A stretch of DNA of 64,000 nucleotides from Ruminococcus sp. (lineage in GTDB: Bacteria > Bacillota > Clostridia > Oscillospirales > Acutalibacteraceae), in contig JAFLSJ010000002.1 in NCBI GenBank assembly GCA_022511005.1, positions 6,392 through 70,391 of the forward strand, given 5' to 3'. The notes beneath the pieces were generated by a model. That model was given only the letters and a program-made list of their open reading frames with translations. It ran no database searches and was not told where the DNA came from. Both the position numbers and the translations under genes were made by a program. Position 1 is the first letter of the stretch. Every line of letters starts with the position of its first letter. Shown here piece by piece: positions 21,112 through 31,646 of the stretch.

Positions 21112-22218
21112 CTATAAGCGCTCCAGCATTACTTCTACCGATTTTACAGTTTTCTCTGTACTGAAACTTTTACCTCTTTCTTTCGCTTTTTCTGCATAGA
21201 TTGCAAGCAAACCGTTTGTAGTAAGCATTTTTTTAATTCCTTCATAAAGAGCGTCTTCATTATTCTCGGTTACAATTCCGTATTCGTTATTTTCTCCAAG
21301 CATTTCTTTCATACCGGATACTTCTACCGTAACTACAGGCACACCTAAAATAAGTGCCTCGGTAGTTGCAGTACTAAATCCCTCGACAAAAGAAGCACAT
21401 ACAAGCAAATCACATTTAGAAATGTATTTATAAGGATTAGTTTTATACCCAAGCCAGATAAAAGTATCTTCTACATTATTTTCTTTTGCAATGTTAATCA
21501 AATTTTCTTTTTCCGGACCTTCTCCAAGAATAAAAAATTTTATATCTAAACCATCATCTATTAATCTTTTTTGTACTCGAATTAACCTATCAAATCCCTT
21601 TGATTTTTTTAATGTTCCAATTGCACAAATTTTTATTCCTGAATAGTTGAATCCCTCAATCCCTTCATTTGCTAATTCTAAAATTTGTTTTGTCTCATTG
21701 GTATTATATAAAACTTCAATTGGTTTTTGAAAATTGAATATTTTTGTAAAATCTTCTTTTACATAATTTGAAACACAAATTGTGTTATCAAATTTTTCAT
21801 AACACTTTTTTGCCTCTTTATAATTTTTAAATGAGTGTGACGCTTTTTCCTGAGTGTGCTGTTCTACATGAATCCAACTTACAAGCTTGGTGTCTTTATC
21901 TGTACAGCCGCTTACAACTCTTGCTGTAGGTCCTTCAAGATATGAAACAATAATATCATATTTTTCTTTTATAAATCTTTTGTAAAGTCTTTGAGGTGAA
22001 AATAATTTTAAAATTTGACTATTTCCCCTAAAGGTTTTCTTAAAACAATACTTATACTTAATATCCTTTTTTAAAAATTGCTCATTTACTCCCCCTGCAA
22101 ATAATGTTTGAACAGTTATATCAAATTTGCTTCTGTCCATATTATTTACAAGATTAACCAGCACCTTTTCGGCACCGCCATGTGAAAGATTTGGAATAAA
22201 AAATAGGATTTTTTTCAT
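21112..22218 (-). CDS. Glycosyltransferase family 4 (GT-B)
   Basis: GGAEKVL, KGFDRL, EGFSTATTEA. Confidence 0.9.
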   Translation of the reverse strand: MKKILFFIPNLSHGGAEKVLVNLVNNMDRSKFDITVQTLFAGGVNEQFLKKDIKYKYCFKKTFRGNSQILKLFSPQRLYKRFIKEKYDIIVSYLEGPTARVVSGCTDKDTKLVSWIHVEQHTQEKASHSFKNYKEAKKCYEKFDNTICVSNYVKEDFTKIFNFQKPIEVLYNTNETKQILELANEGIEGFNYSGIKICAIGTLKKSKGFDRLIRVQKRLIDDGLDIKFFILGEGPEKENLINIAKENNVEDTFIWLGYKTNPYKYISKCDLLVCASFVEGFSTATTEALILGVPVVTVEVSGMKEMLGENNEYGIVTENNEDALYEGIKKMLTTNGLLAIYAEKAKERGKSFSTEKTVKSVEVMLERL

Positions 22219-22226
22219 ATATACTT

Positions 22227-23036
22227 CTACTTCCCGCCAGATTTTTTTGCGTGCAATACCTTATATATAGGCGTTGGCAATAATCCAACTAATATAGGTT
22301 TAATAGCTTTACTATAATACTTTATAGGTAAATTAAATGTTTTTATTATTTTTTTTCTTAACTTATAACTGTTTACTCTGTATTTAAACTTTCTGCGTTT
22401 TAAGGCTTTTATGTCATCTCGCATACTATACAAAGCTTCTTGAATATTGGCTCCCTTGTAGCCGGCTTTATAAAGTCTGTACCATAAATCATAATCTTCA
22501 ATTCTTGTAACTTCTTCACCAGTATTATATCCGCCCAATTCATCAAGCACACTTTTTTTCATCATACATCCAGCATGGCAAAACGGAGGTCCTGCAACAA
22601 GTTCCTTTACTGTAGGGAATGATTCCACCGTTGTTGTTCTGAAAATTCCGTCTTTATCAAACATATTCATTCTTGTGCTGACTACTGCATATTCCGGATT
22701 TTCCTCAAGAAAATTTAATTCTTTTTCAAATCTTTCAGGGGCACATACATCGTCTCCGTCCATTCTTGCAATATATTTTCCACTAGCGGCTTTTAAACAA
22801 TTATTTAAGGTAGGAGCAAGGGTAAGGTTTTTTTCATTTTTATAGACTTTTATTCGATTATTACCTTTTGCTATCTCCAATGCCTTTTCATATGTATTGT
22901 CAGAGGAACAATCATCGCACATTATCAGTTCCCAATTTGAATAGGTTTGATTTTTTATACTGTCTACAGCTTCTTCCAAAGTATCTGCACAATTATATAT
23001 ACCCATTAAAACTGAGATAAGAGGTTTATTATTCAA
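22227..23036 (-). CDS. Glycosyltransferase family 2
   Basis: SVLMGIYN, DDCSSD, RMDGDD, EDYDLW; probable TTG start at 23036 after GGAGG. Confidence 0.9.
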   Translation of the reverse strand: MNNKPLISVLMGIYNCADTLEEAVDSIKNQTYSNWELIMCDDCSSDNTYEKALEIAKGNNRIKVYKNEKNLTLAPTLNNCLKAASGKYIARMDGDDVCAPERFEKELNFLEENPEYAVVSTRMNMFDKDGIFRTTTVESFPTVKELVAGPPFCHAGCMMKKSVLDELGGYNTGEEVTRIEDYDLWYRLYKAGYKGANIQEALYSMRDDIKALKRRKFKYRVNSYKLRKKIIKTFNLPIKYYSKAIKPILVGLLPTPIYKVLHAKKSGGK

Positions 23037-23883
23037 GCTTATCCTCCCCATATTCTTTATTAAAACTTACATACACCGGATGATGGTACCATGTTTGCTG
23101 CTCTTCTGGGGGCAATTTCATATAATTGCCGTATCTTATTTTGAGAAAACTATCGTAATCTTTTAAAACTTTTACATCTGTATCTTCAAATTTTATATCA
23201 ACAATATCATCAAGTAGATTTTTATCATAATGCATCCTCATAGTATTTACAACGCTCATATCTACTAATTTCAGATTTGTATTATCGTTATATTTACAAA
23301 TTTTCTTTAAATACCTTTTTGCCTTTAACGGCAATTTATTTTTTTTGCTTAATTTTAAAATTAAACTTGAGCCTAACTGCATCAAACTACCATTATTGGT
23401 AGGTATGTATTCTCTAACAAACAAATTATATAACATTGCGTCTAACAGTTGCTTTTTTTGCCTGAGTTTATTTTCAGGAACTCTGTCAAAAGGAAAAACA
23501 TCTACAAAAATACCTTTGTGATAGTTTTTTCCTAAGTCTGTTTCTTGAACAAAGGCTGTATTTCTTTTTCTGATTTTTGTGAAACTCTGAGAAAAATCTC
23601 TATCGGTATCATGATTCTGTAAAATATATTCATCTGTATCTTTCCAAAGCTCAATAAATTTATTATAGTCATTTCTCAGCATACATATATCAAGATCGTC
23701 ATCCCATGGAATAAATCCGCCATGCCTTACTGCACCTAAAATGTTTCCATATCCAATTGAATATTTAATGCTATTTTTCATACAAAAATTATGAATTACC
23801 CTTAAAATTTCAATTTGCGTCAACTGCAATTTTCTTAATTCATCGTAATTTTCAATTTTGCTATAATCAAATTTTTCAATCAT
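23029..23883 (-). CDS. LicD-family phosphotransferase (polyol-phosphate transfer)
   Basis: GAVRHGGFIPWDDDLDI, GIFVDVFP, YGNYMKLPP. Confidence 0.92.
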   Translation of the reverse strand: MIEKFDYSKIENYDELRKLQLTQIEILRVIHNFCMKNSIKYSIGYGNILGAVRHGGFIPWDDDLDICMLRNDYNKFIELWKDTDEYILQNHDTDRDFSQSFTKIRKRNTAFVQETDLGKNYHKGIFVDVFPFDRVPENKLRQKKQLLDAMLYNLFVREYIPTNNGSLMQLGSSLILKLSKKNKLPLKAKRYLKKICKYNDNTNLKLVDMSVVNTMRMHYDKNLLDDIVDIKFEDTDVKVLKDYDSFLKIRYGNYMKLPPEEQQTWYHHPVYVSFNKEYGEDKLE

Positions 23884-23897
23884 ACCGCATTTCCCAT

Positions 23898-24296
23898 TTA
23901 ATTAATATTATATAAATCTTTTTTTATTTGTGTTGTACTTATGTCCGGAGTTCGTGAAAGATATACAACTTCTACCCCTTCGTTTTGAAGAAAATCAAAC
24001 TTACCTTTCCAATCATCTCCAATAACAAAGGTATCTACATTAAATTCCCGTACATCGCTAACCTTCTGCTCCCAGCTTTTCTCCGGTATTACTAAATCTA
24101 CATATCGTATTGCTTCCAATAATTGCTTACGCTGTTTATATGTAAAATAACATTTCTTCTGCTTTTCATTCCAATTGAATTCATCTGTTGACAAAGCAAC
24201 TATTAAATAATCTCCCAATTCCTTTGCTCTACGCAATAGATTAATGTGTCCATAGTGCAAAAGATCAAAAGTTCCGTATGTAATAACTGTCTTCAT
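23898..24296 (-). CDS. tagD: Glycerol-3-phosphate cytidylyltransferase
   Basis: [32 protein letters not shown]. Confidence 0.93.
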   Translation of the reverse strand: MKTVITYGTFDLLHYGHINLLRRAKELGDYLIVALSTDEFNWNEKQKKCYFTYKQRKQLLEAIRYVDLVIPEKSWEQKVSDVREFNVDTFVIGDDWKGKFDFLQNEGVEVVYLSRTPDISTTQIKKDLYNIN

Positions 24297-24377
24297 AATT
24301 TCCCCCATAGTTTAAAAAATCGCAACGGAGTTCTCTTGTTATTCTTATATAAAGCAATAACGACTGTATTATAATAA

Positions 24378-25499
24378 TCATAATTGTTCAAATAATGTTA
24401 AAACCTCTATTTTTACAGGTTCTATGCAATATTTTTGAACCCTAAGTCTGTTTTCATTACCAAATTGCAAACAAAGATTTTCATCATTTTTTAAACTTTG
24501 AATTGCGTTTGCAAATGCCTTAACATCATCAACATCACAAATATACCCTGTTTTTCCATTTTCCAAATAGTCGCCAACTCCACGAATATTTGATATAACC
24601 ACCGGCAATCCACAATACATAGCCTCTAAAGAAGCAACGCTTAATCCCTCATGAAGAGAAGGTAACACAAATAAATCAGATTGGCTGCAAATATCTACAA
24701 CATCCTTACGATATCCTATAAAATGTACATTATTATCTATGTTATTTTCTTTTGCTAATTTTGTCAATTTATCTAATAGAATTCCTTTGCCGCATATAAC
24801 ATAGTGAATATTTTTATCTTTTATCAACCCAAGAGCATTAATAATTACTTGTTGATTTTTTCTTTTTGTTAGTTCTCCAACTGATAATACGATAAAATCA
24901 TTATCATCTATTCCTAACTCATTACGAATATCATTCTGATTTTCACTTTTTTGCAGTCTGTCGGTATTAATTCCTATTCCATGTATATACTTCACATCTT
25001 TGGCATGCATTTTTTTTGCCCGTTCAAAGTCTTCCAGATTAATTGTTACAATTGTATCGGTAAAACGGGACATAAATCTTTCTATGGGATAGAAAATCAT
25101 CCAGTTAAGTTTGGGAGCGCCATTATAAAAATGAAAACCATGAACTATATAAATCACTTTTACGCCGGTTTTACGGATTTTTCTTGCTGCCAAACGTGTC
25201 GCTACTCCCATAACCGGCTCATTTGTCCAGATAATATCGTATTGACCGTTTTGAATAATTTTTTTAATATCCTTATAACCTTTAAAATTTGAGGGAGAAA
25301 TCGGACTACGGACAATCCGTACAATATGGATTTTATTTACATATCCCTTAAGCTTTTGACTTATTTCCTCTATTCTTCCCCCAACATCGGCACATGCAAT
25401 CTCTATATCAAATCCGTTTTCAGAAAGATTTATTACATGAGGGACCAAAAACTGAATCATCATTAAATCTGTTGAGGTAATCAGAATACGCTTATTCAT
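24378..25499 (-). CDS. Glycosyltransferase family 4 (EpsD-like)
   Basis: HGFHF, KNQQ, EGLSVASLEAM. Confidence 0.9.
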   Translation of the reverse strand: MNKRILITSTDLMMIQFLVPHVINLSENGFDIEIACADVGGRIEEISQKLKGYVNKIHIVRIVRSPISPSNFKGYKDIKKIIQNGQYDIIWTNEPVMGVATRLAARKIRKTGVKVIYIVHGFHFYNGAPKLNWMIFYPIERFMSRFTDTIVTINLEDFERAKKMHAKDVKYIHGIGINTDRLQKSENQNDIRNELGIDDNDFIVLSVGELTKRKNQQVIINALGLIKDKNIHYVICGKGILLDKLTKLAKENNIDNNVHFIGYRKDVVDICSQSDLFVLPSLHEGLSVASLEAMYCGLPVVISNIRGVGDYLENGKTGYICDVDDVKAFANAIQSLKNDENLCLQFGNENRLRVQKYCIEPVKIEVLTLFEQL

Positions 25500-26421
25500 T
25501 TAAAACACCTTTCACTTTTTCAACTATTCCATTAGCATTAATTCCAACCTGTTCTCTTAAATAAGCCTGATTTCCTACCTCTATACAATAAAAATCATTG
25601 ATTCCTATTCTGTGAAGCTTTGCTTTATTATCAAGCTCTGCCATAACCTCTGCAACTGCACTGCCGAATCCGCCTACTATATTATGTTCTTCCACAGTAA
25701 ATATATCATCAAATCTGTTTGCACAGTCTTTTATTACTTCTTTATCAATGGGCTTAACTGTCGGGAAGCTGTACTGTTCAACTCCAATACCTAATTCTTC
25801 AAGTATATTGCAGGCTAAAAAAGTTTCTTCAAGGATTGCTCCCGTTGAAAAAATTGCAACCTTTTTCGGCAATTCTTTTAATTCTCTTAATTTATATGCC
25901 TTACCTATTTCAAATTCTTTAATATTATTAACTGTTTTTTCTCCGCCTCTGCCAAGTCTTAAATAACAAGTACCTTTTGTATTTGCTATTTTTTTTACTG
26001 CAAGAGCTGCTTCGTTAGGGTCTCCGGGACAGATAACAGTAACATCAGGCAATGCACGAAGAATTGCAATATCTTCCGTTGCATGATGGCTCATTCCCAA
26101 AGAACCGTAAACATATCCTCCGCCAACGCAAATTATATTTACATTTGCATTATGGTAGGCACAGTCGTTTCTGATTTGCTCTAAACAACGAAGTGTAGGG
26201 AAATTACCAATTGAATATGTGAATACCTTTTTGCCTTCAAGAGCAAGACCTGCGGCAACACCTGTCATATTCTGTTCTGCTATACCTGCATTTATAAATT
26301 GGTCAGGGAGTGTTTCCCAAAAGTTTTTAAGAACACCAAATCCCAAATCTCCTGTTATAAGCTCAATATCTTTATCTTCTTTACCAAGTTCGGTTAAAGT
26401 TCTTATTACTGTATCTCTCAT
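25492..26421 (-). CDS. Transketolase-like C-terminal subunit
   Basis: GIAEQNM, SHHATED, EEHNIVGGFGS. Confidence 0.9.
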   Translation of the reverse strand: MRDTVIRTLTELGKEDKDIELITGDLGFGVLKNFWETLPDQFINAGIAEQNMTGVAAGLALEGKKVFTYSIGNFPTLRCLEQIRNDCAYHNANVNIICVGGGYVYGSLGMSHHATEDIAILRALPDVTVICPGDPNEAALAVKKIANTKGTCYLRLGRGGEKTVNNIKEFEIGKAYKLRELKELPKKVAIFSTGAILEETFLACNILEELGIGVEQYSFPTVKPIDKEVIKDCANRFDDIFTVEEHNIVGGFGSAVAEVMAELDNKAKLHRIGINDFYCIEVGNQAYLREQVGINANGIVEKVKGVLNE

Positions 26422-27353
26422 CTGTCTTCAACCTCCCTTATGTAATATGTAGGGTTATATGTTTCCGAAACAGTATGTCTGCAATTTTCAGGAGTTGCCT
26501 CAGTTTCAGGGCATCCGTTTGGTGTATACGGATCTGTTACATCATCAGGCTTAATTTTATGCAGTTCATTTACTGCACAATTATACTCCCAACCCTCGTG
26601 AGGGAATCTATAATGCCATAAAATATCCATTTCCATAAATGAAATGCCCTTACCTTTTACTGTATGAGCTATAACAACTGTGGGTTTATTTTCAGGATTT
26701 AAGGTGTTTTTAAGTACATTTCTCAATTCATCGTGATTATGACCGTTAACTTCAATAACATTCCAGCCAAATCCCGCCCAACGCTTAGCCATATCAACTT
26801 CAAGAGTATTATTGCAATAATCAAGGCTTTGCATATGGTTATGGTCTACTATTGCTACAAGGTTATCAAGCTTAAAGTGATTTGCAAATTCCGCTGCTTC
26901 CCACACAGAACCCTCGTTACATTCACCATCACCCATAACTACAAATGAACGGAAGTTTTTATTATCCTGTTTAGCCGCCAGAGCACGGCCTGCAGCAACA
27001 GGAAGTCCGTGACCTAAAGAGCCTGTTGAAAAATCTATTCCCGGTAAGTGGTGTGAAACATGCCCCGATAAACGGCTGCCGTTTGCGTAATGTGTCTTAA
27101 GCTCATCCACAGAAAAAAAGCCGCTTTCGGCAATTGCTGCATAAACGGATGCTCCTGCATGACCCTTACTGAGGATAAATCTGTCCCTTTCGTCCCATTC
27201 AGGATTATTCTTATCAAATTTTAAAACATCTGAATAAAGCACGCCCATTATATCTGCAACGGATAAAATAGCTCCAATATGACTTCCTCCTGAAAGATGT
27301 GTCATTTCAATCCCATGTCTGCGTATAAGCCAAGATAATTGTTGACTTTTCAT
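26418..27353 (-). CDS. Transketolase-like N-terminal (ThDP-binding) subunit
   Basis: LSKGHA, STGSLGHG, GDGECNEG..N ThDP motif, TVKGKG. Confidence 0.9.
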   Translation of the reverse strand: MKSQQLSWLIRRHGIEMTHLSGGSHIGAILSVADIMGVLYSDVLKFDKNNPEWDERDRFILSKGHAGASVYAAIAESGFFSVDELKTHYANGSRLSGHVSHHLPGIDFSTGSLGHGLPVAAGRALAAKQDNKNFRSFVVMGDGECNEGSVWEAAEFANHFKLDNLVAIVDHNHMQSLDYCNNTLEVDMAKRWAGFGWNVIEVNGHNHDELRNVLKNTLNPENKPTVVIAHTVKGKGISFMEMDILWHYRFPHEGWEYNCAVNELHKIKPDDVTDPYTPNGCPETEATPENCRHTVSETYNPTYYIREVEDR

Positions 27354-27367
27354 TTTTACTTCTCCCT

Positions 27368-27740
27368 TTAGTTTAACCCGATAACCAAATTTATAAATTT
27401 AGGATTATACTTTAATTTTCTGTATATACATATAATTAGCAACGGTATAAATAAACCTGCACAAAACATTGTCGGCATAGTAATAAACCAATGCAAATGT
27501 AATACTCTGTTAAATAAAACTTCCATACGAGTTAAGTTTATAATTACTTGTATATTTAAACAAAAAACCGGCAATAAAGAAAAATAACGGCATATGAAAA
27601 CAATATATAAAAGTTCTTATTTTATCAATAAAAAGTGGTAAATCAGATGTACCTGTAGGGGTAGAATGACCTAAAACAACAAATATTGCACCTATTGCAT
27701 AAGCATATGAAATAAAGGTTAATTTTCTTTTACTTTCCAT
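27368..27740 (-). pseudogene. Internally deleted, frameshifted membrane O-acyltransferase (Acyltransferase_3/OafA family)
   Basis: N-terminus with VVLGHS and FHMPLFFFIAGFL motifs in one frame, C-terminal TM helix in another; only about 370 bp in total. Confidence 0.75.
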
Positions 27741-27777
27741 TTCTGCTGAAACTCCTAAATATATCTAAACAATAAAA

Positions 27778-28929
27778 TCATAATATTACACCTGTTAAAT
27801 TACTAACATAATAGTACCTATTTGTTAATAGTATAAAATAAACACAAAATGTTAGTGTAGATATAAAATAAACCAATTTTTGTTGTTCTTTAGGGAAACA
27901 TTTTTTTATTAAAAGCGGTATCAATATCAAATTATAGACTTCACAGTAAATAGGCAATCTTCCTATAAGTATTCCGCTTGAAAACATTCCTACTAAATAT
28001 AATGATGCTGCAACTAAAGACATATTTATGCAAATATTTACATAAGGATTAGTCTCATTTTCTTTCACCAATGTTCCTCTATAAAAATAGGATACTATTG
28101 GAAAAACGGCATAAAAGGCAACCCTTATAGGATTAACACCGTCATCCTCCTGCATTTGTTCACTTATTCCGACTCCGGAATAACTAGAACCTTGTAATAC
28201 ATTATCAACTTCTTCAAAAAATGGTTCTGCAAATATGCAAATTAAAATAATTACAAAAAGAAACGCTATTATTCTTCCGCTCCATGGTTTACATCTTACT
28301 ATAAAATATATCGGTATCATCAAAAGGCAGGTAGTATGAATTGTAGATAACAATAAAATCGCTAAAACAAACGGAAGAAATTTTCCTTTAACAATCCACT
28401 CAGATAATGCAAATAATACAACTACGGCAATAAACTGCCTCATACCGTTCATCATCCATGTAAAGGTAAGTATTGAAATAAATAAAAAGGAACTGTAAAA
28501 AAAGTTACATGAATGTTTTCTTAAGGTAATCATAACTAACAGTCCGCAAAATATTGCAATAGTCATTAACCACCATTGGTAGTTTTGTGAAATAAATGAT
28601 TTAAATAGTACATTGAAGACTTCAAATCCCGGTGCCTTACCATCCCACTCTATCCCATTCCATGCATCTGTAAAATTATTGGGTATAGCCTTAAAAGACG
28701 CTATATATTGTGCAGTATCTACAAAAGCAGTTCGCATGCCAATCCAAAAAATAAAGTATCCGAAAGTTATAAGACAAAAAATAAGCGGAACCTTATCAAA
28801 CATTTGATTTAATTTTTCATCACTTGCATATGGTGCATAAACAAGCGATTTAATTTTTCTGCCCACAGTAAATCTATAAAACAAATAAACTATTAAAGGG
28901 CAGATTAGCATTGACATATATATAATCAA
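27778..28929 (-). CDS. EpsG-family polysaccharide polymerase (Wzy)
   Basis: Multi-TM; R..VDT..Y, NGMRQFIA, IHTT motifs. Confidence 0.85.
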   Translation of the reverse strand: MIIYMSMLICPLIVYLFYRFTVGRKIKSLVYAPYASDEKLNQMFDKVPLIFCLITFGYFIFWIGMRTAFVDTAQYIASFKAIPNNFTDAWNGIEWDGKAPGFEVFNVLFKSFISQNYQWWLMTIAIFCGLLVMITLRKHSCNFFYSSFLFISILTFTWMMNGMRQFIAVVVLFALSEWIVKGKFLPFVLAILLLSTIHTTCLLMIPIYFIVRCKPWSGRIIAFLFVIILICIFAEPFFEEVDNVLQGSSYSGVGISEQMQEDDGVNPIRVAFYAVFPIVSYFYRGTLVKENETNPYVNICINMSLVAASLYLVGMFSSGILIGRLPIYCEVYNLILIPLLIKKCFPKEQQKLVYFISTLTFCVYFILLTNRYYYVSNLTGVIL

Positions 28930-28948
28930 CTAAAATACACCTACTTGA

Positions 28949-29887
28949 TTAATCAGAAATTTTTAACAACTCTGAAATTTGTTCATCTGTAAGATTCCAG
29001 TCCATTGCTTCAATGTTTGACAACAGTTGTGCCGGTCTTTTGACTCCGACTAAAACCACTGATTCTTTAATATAATCAAGAGTAAATCTTATTGCAATTG
29101 CAGGAAGAGATTTTGTATTCTCCGAAGAAATTTTTTTCATTTCTTCTACAATCTGTAAATTCTTTTTCAGCTTCTCGCCGTGAAAATTTACATATATTTC
29201 TCTTGAGCGCCTGTCGTCAGCATCAAACTTTGTATTTATATCATATTTTCCTGTAAGAATGCCTTGTCCCAAACTTCCCCATGTAAAAGGAGTTAAATTA
29301 AGCTCGTCTGAAAGAATAAACATATCTTTCTCATTTTTTCTGCAAGCAAGGCTGTATTCATCCTGAAAACTTACAAACTTACCTTTTTGCTCTTTTAGTT
29401 CTTCGATATCATCATTATGAATATTTGACAAACCAAAGTATCTTATATAACCCTTTTCCCTTAGTTTTTCGAGAGTTTCAATAACAACAGAAATGGGTGT
29501 TTTGCCGTCACGATAATGCACCTGATACAAATCAATATAATCTGTATTAAGTCTTTTCAAACTTCCTTCAAGTGCTTTTTCTATATATTCAGGACAATTA
29601 TTATAAACGGTTTTTCCATTGGAAGTACAAACGCCGAATTTTGTTGCAATAACTGCTTTATCTCTTTTTCCTTTCAATGCTTTACCCAACGTAATTTCTG
29701 ATTGACCCAAACCGTAAACATCAGCAGTATCAAAAAAATTAACGCCGTTTTCCAAAGCAGCATTTACTGAATCAATTAATTCTTGTTCAAGAATATTTCC
29801 GCCCCAGCCGTATCCGCCCATAGGACAACCGCCCATACATAGACGAGATACCTGTAAATCAGAATTTTTTAAAGTAATATACTCCAT
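28949..29887 (-). CDS. Aldo/keto reductase inside the polysaccharide locus
   Basis: FFDTADVYG, IATKFG, IDLYQVH, GLSN. Confidence 0.92.
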   Translation of the reverse strand: MEYITLKNSDLQVSRLCMGGCPMGGYGWGGNILEQELIDSVNAALENGVNFFDTADVYGLGQSEITLGKALKGKRDKAVIATKFGVCTSNGKTVYNNCPEYIEKALEGSLKRLNTDYIDLYQVHYRDGKTPISVVIETLEKLREKGYIRYFGLSNIHNDDIEELKEQKGKFVSFQDEYSLACRKNEKDMFILSDELNLTPFTWGSLGQGILTGKYDINTKFDADDRRSREIYVNFHGEKLKKNLQIVEEMKKISSENTKSLPAIAIRFTLDYIKESVVLVGVKRPAQLLSNIEAMDWNLTDEQISELLKISD

Positions 29888-29888
29888 T

Positions 29889-30599
29889 TTATCCCTTTTT
29901 TCTGAAAATAAACGACAACGCCTTTTTTAGAACACTCCATACAGTTTTAAAGAAAAGAGTTACATCTGTTTTAAAAGAAACTGTTGCCGCATATTTTATT
30001 CTTAATTGATTTTTCTTTTTTAAAACATACTTTTCATACATTTCATCGGCATTTTCTCCGCCCACAATTTCATCTAAGTTTATAAATTCTATGGAACTGT
30101 AGTCGGTTATTCCCGGACGAACCTGAAATATGTATTTTTCATCATCAACATATTTACTTGTGTATCTTAAAAGTTCAGGTCTGGGACCGATAAAACTCAT
30201 ATCGCCTTTAATAATATTCAAAAGATTAGCAATTTCGTCAAGCTTTGTTTTTCTGAGGAAATTACCCACCTTGGTTATTCTGCTGTCGTTAAGAGCAGTA
30301 GTACCGCCGCCTATTTTATCTGCATTTTGTACCATAGTGCGGAATTTACATATTTTAAAGGTTTTACCTTTATATCCGCCGCGTTCTGCCCTGTAAAAAA
30401 CAGGGAATCCTGTTTCAGCAACAATTGCAATTGCAATAATCAAATAAATTGGAAATAAAATAATAAAGCAAAACAATGCTAAAACAAAATCACCAATTCT
30501 TTTTAAATATCTATTATAGATTCCATTATATGCCGTAATATTATTATCTGTATAAATTTCAGCAATATTTTCTATGTTCCTAACCTTCTCTATGTACAT
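29889..30599 (-). CDS. Priming phosphoglycosyl transferase (Bac_transf, PglC-like)
   Basis: KFRTM, RKTKLDE, GDMSFIGPRPE, PGIT. Confidence 0.92.
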   Translation of the reverse strand: MYIEKVRNIENIAEIYTDNNITAYNGIYNRYLKRIGDFVLALFCFIILFPIYLIIAIAIVAETGFPVFYRAERGGYKGKTFKICKFRTMVQNADKIGGGTTALNDSRITKVGNFLRKTKLDEIANLLNIIKGDMSFIGPRPELLRYTSKYVDDEKYIFQVRPGITDYSSIEFINLDEIVGGENADEMYEKYVLKKKNQLRIKYAATVSFKTDVTLFFKTVWSVLKKALSFIFRKKG

Positions 30600-30635
30600 A
30601 AAAATAACCCCAAAATTCTAATTACATTCATTAGC

Positions 30636-30664
30636 ATTATAACACATACGCAATTATTAAGCAA
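30636..30664 (-). promoter_or_regulatory. Sigma-A promoter of the polysaccharide locus
   Basis: Minus strand TTGCTT, 17 nt, TATAAT with TG extended -10. Confidence 0.65.
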
Positions 30665-30779
30665 GAATTTAAAAGAACATTTTGTCGAAAAATCGTGACA
30701 TTAAAATATCCTATCTTTTTCTTGAATTTATCTCAATTTATGTATATTATTAAATTAAGTAATTAAAGGAGGATTTATA

Positions 30780-31646
30780 ATGAAAATAAAGATATTTTGT
30801 AAAAATTACAAAAAAATATTAATTTCTTTGGCAATTATTTTCGTTTTTATTATCACTCTTATTTTCAATATAATTTATTGCCACAATACAATAAATGTAA
30901 ATCGTTATGATATTAATACTCAAAAACTTAAAACGAACCTGCGGGTTGCTATGATTTCAGACTTACATATGAAAGATTACGGTAATAACAACGAAAAGTT
31001 GGTAAACATCATAAAACAGGAATCTCCTGATATTATTACAGTATTGGGCGACTTTACTGTAAAGGAATCGGAAAACTATGATGCTGTACTAAAACTTATG
31101 CCACGGCTTGTAAATATAGCGCCTACCTACTATGTATTAGGCAACCACGAATTATCAATACTTGATACAACAAATTTTGCAGAAGATATCAAAGGAACAG
31201 GCGTACATCTTTTAATTAATGAAAGTGAATACTTTGAAAAAGACGGAGAAAAAATTCTTATAGGGGGCATTAAGCAATATCCATATTATGATTTTCAAAT
31301 CCCCGGTTTTGAAAATGAGGAAAGATATTTTATTGATAATTTTATAGAAAAAGAAAAGGATAATTTTGGAATTTTACTTTGCCATTATCCTGAATATTTT
31401 ATGTGGAAATTCAATGAACTTGACATTGATTTAATGCTGTGCGGACATACCCACGGCGGTTTAATAAGAATTCCCTTTATAGGCGGATTTATCGCTCCCG
31501 AGCAAGGCTTATTTCCTGAATATGATATGGGATATTTTGAATCCGATACTGCTAAAATGATAGTCACATCAGGACTTTCAACATCAAGTATAATCCCCCG
31601 AATTAACAATCCGGGGGAAGTGTGTATTATTGATATTAATAAATGA
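30780..31646 (+). CDS. Membrane-anchored metallophosphoesterase (YkuE-like)
   Basis: SDLH, GD, GNHE, GHTHGG. Confidence 0.9.
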   Translation: MKIKIFCKNYKKILISLAIIFVFIITLIFNIIYCHNTINVNRYDINTQKLKTNLRVAMISDLHMKDYGNNNEKLVNIIKQESPDIITVLGDFTVKESENYDAVLKLMPRLVNIAPTYYVLGNHELSILDTTNFAEDIKGTGVHLLINESEYFEKDGEKILIGGIKQYPYYDFQIPGFENEERYFIDNFIEKEKDNFGILLCHYPEYFMWKFNELDIDLMLCGHTHGGLIRIPFIGGFIAPEQGLFPEYDMGYFESDTAKMIVTSGLSTSSIIPRINNPGEVCIIDINK

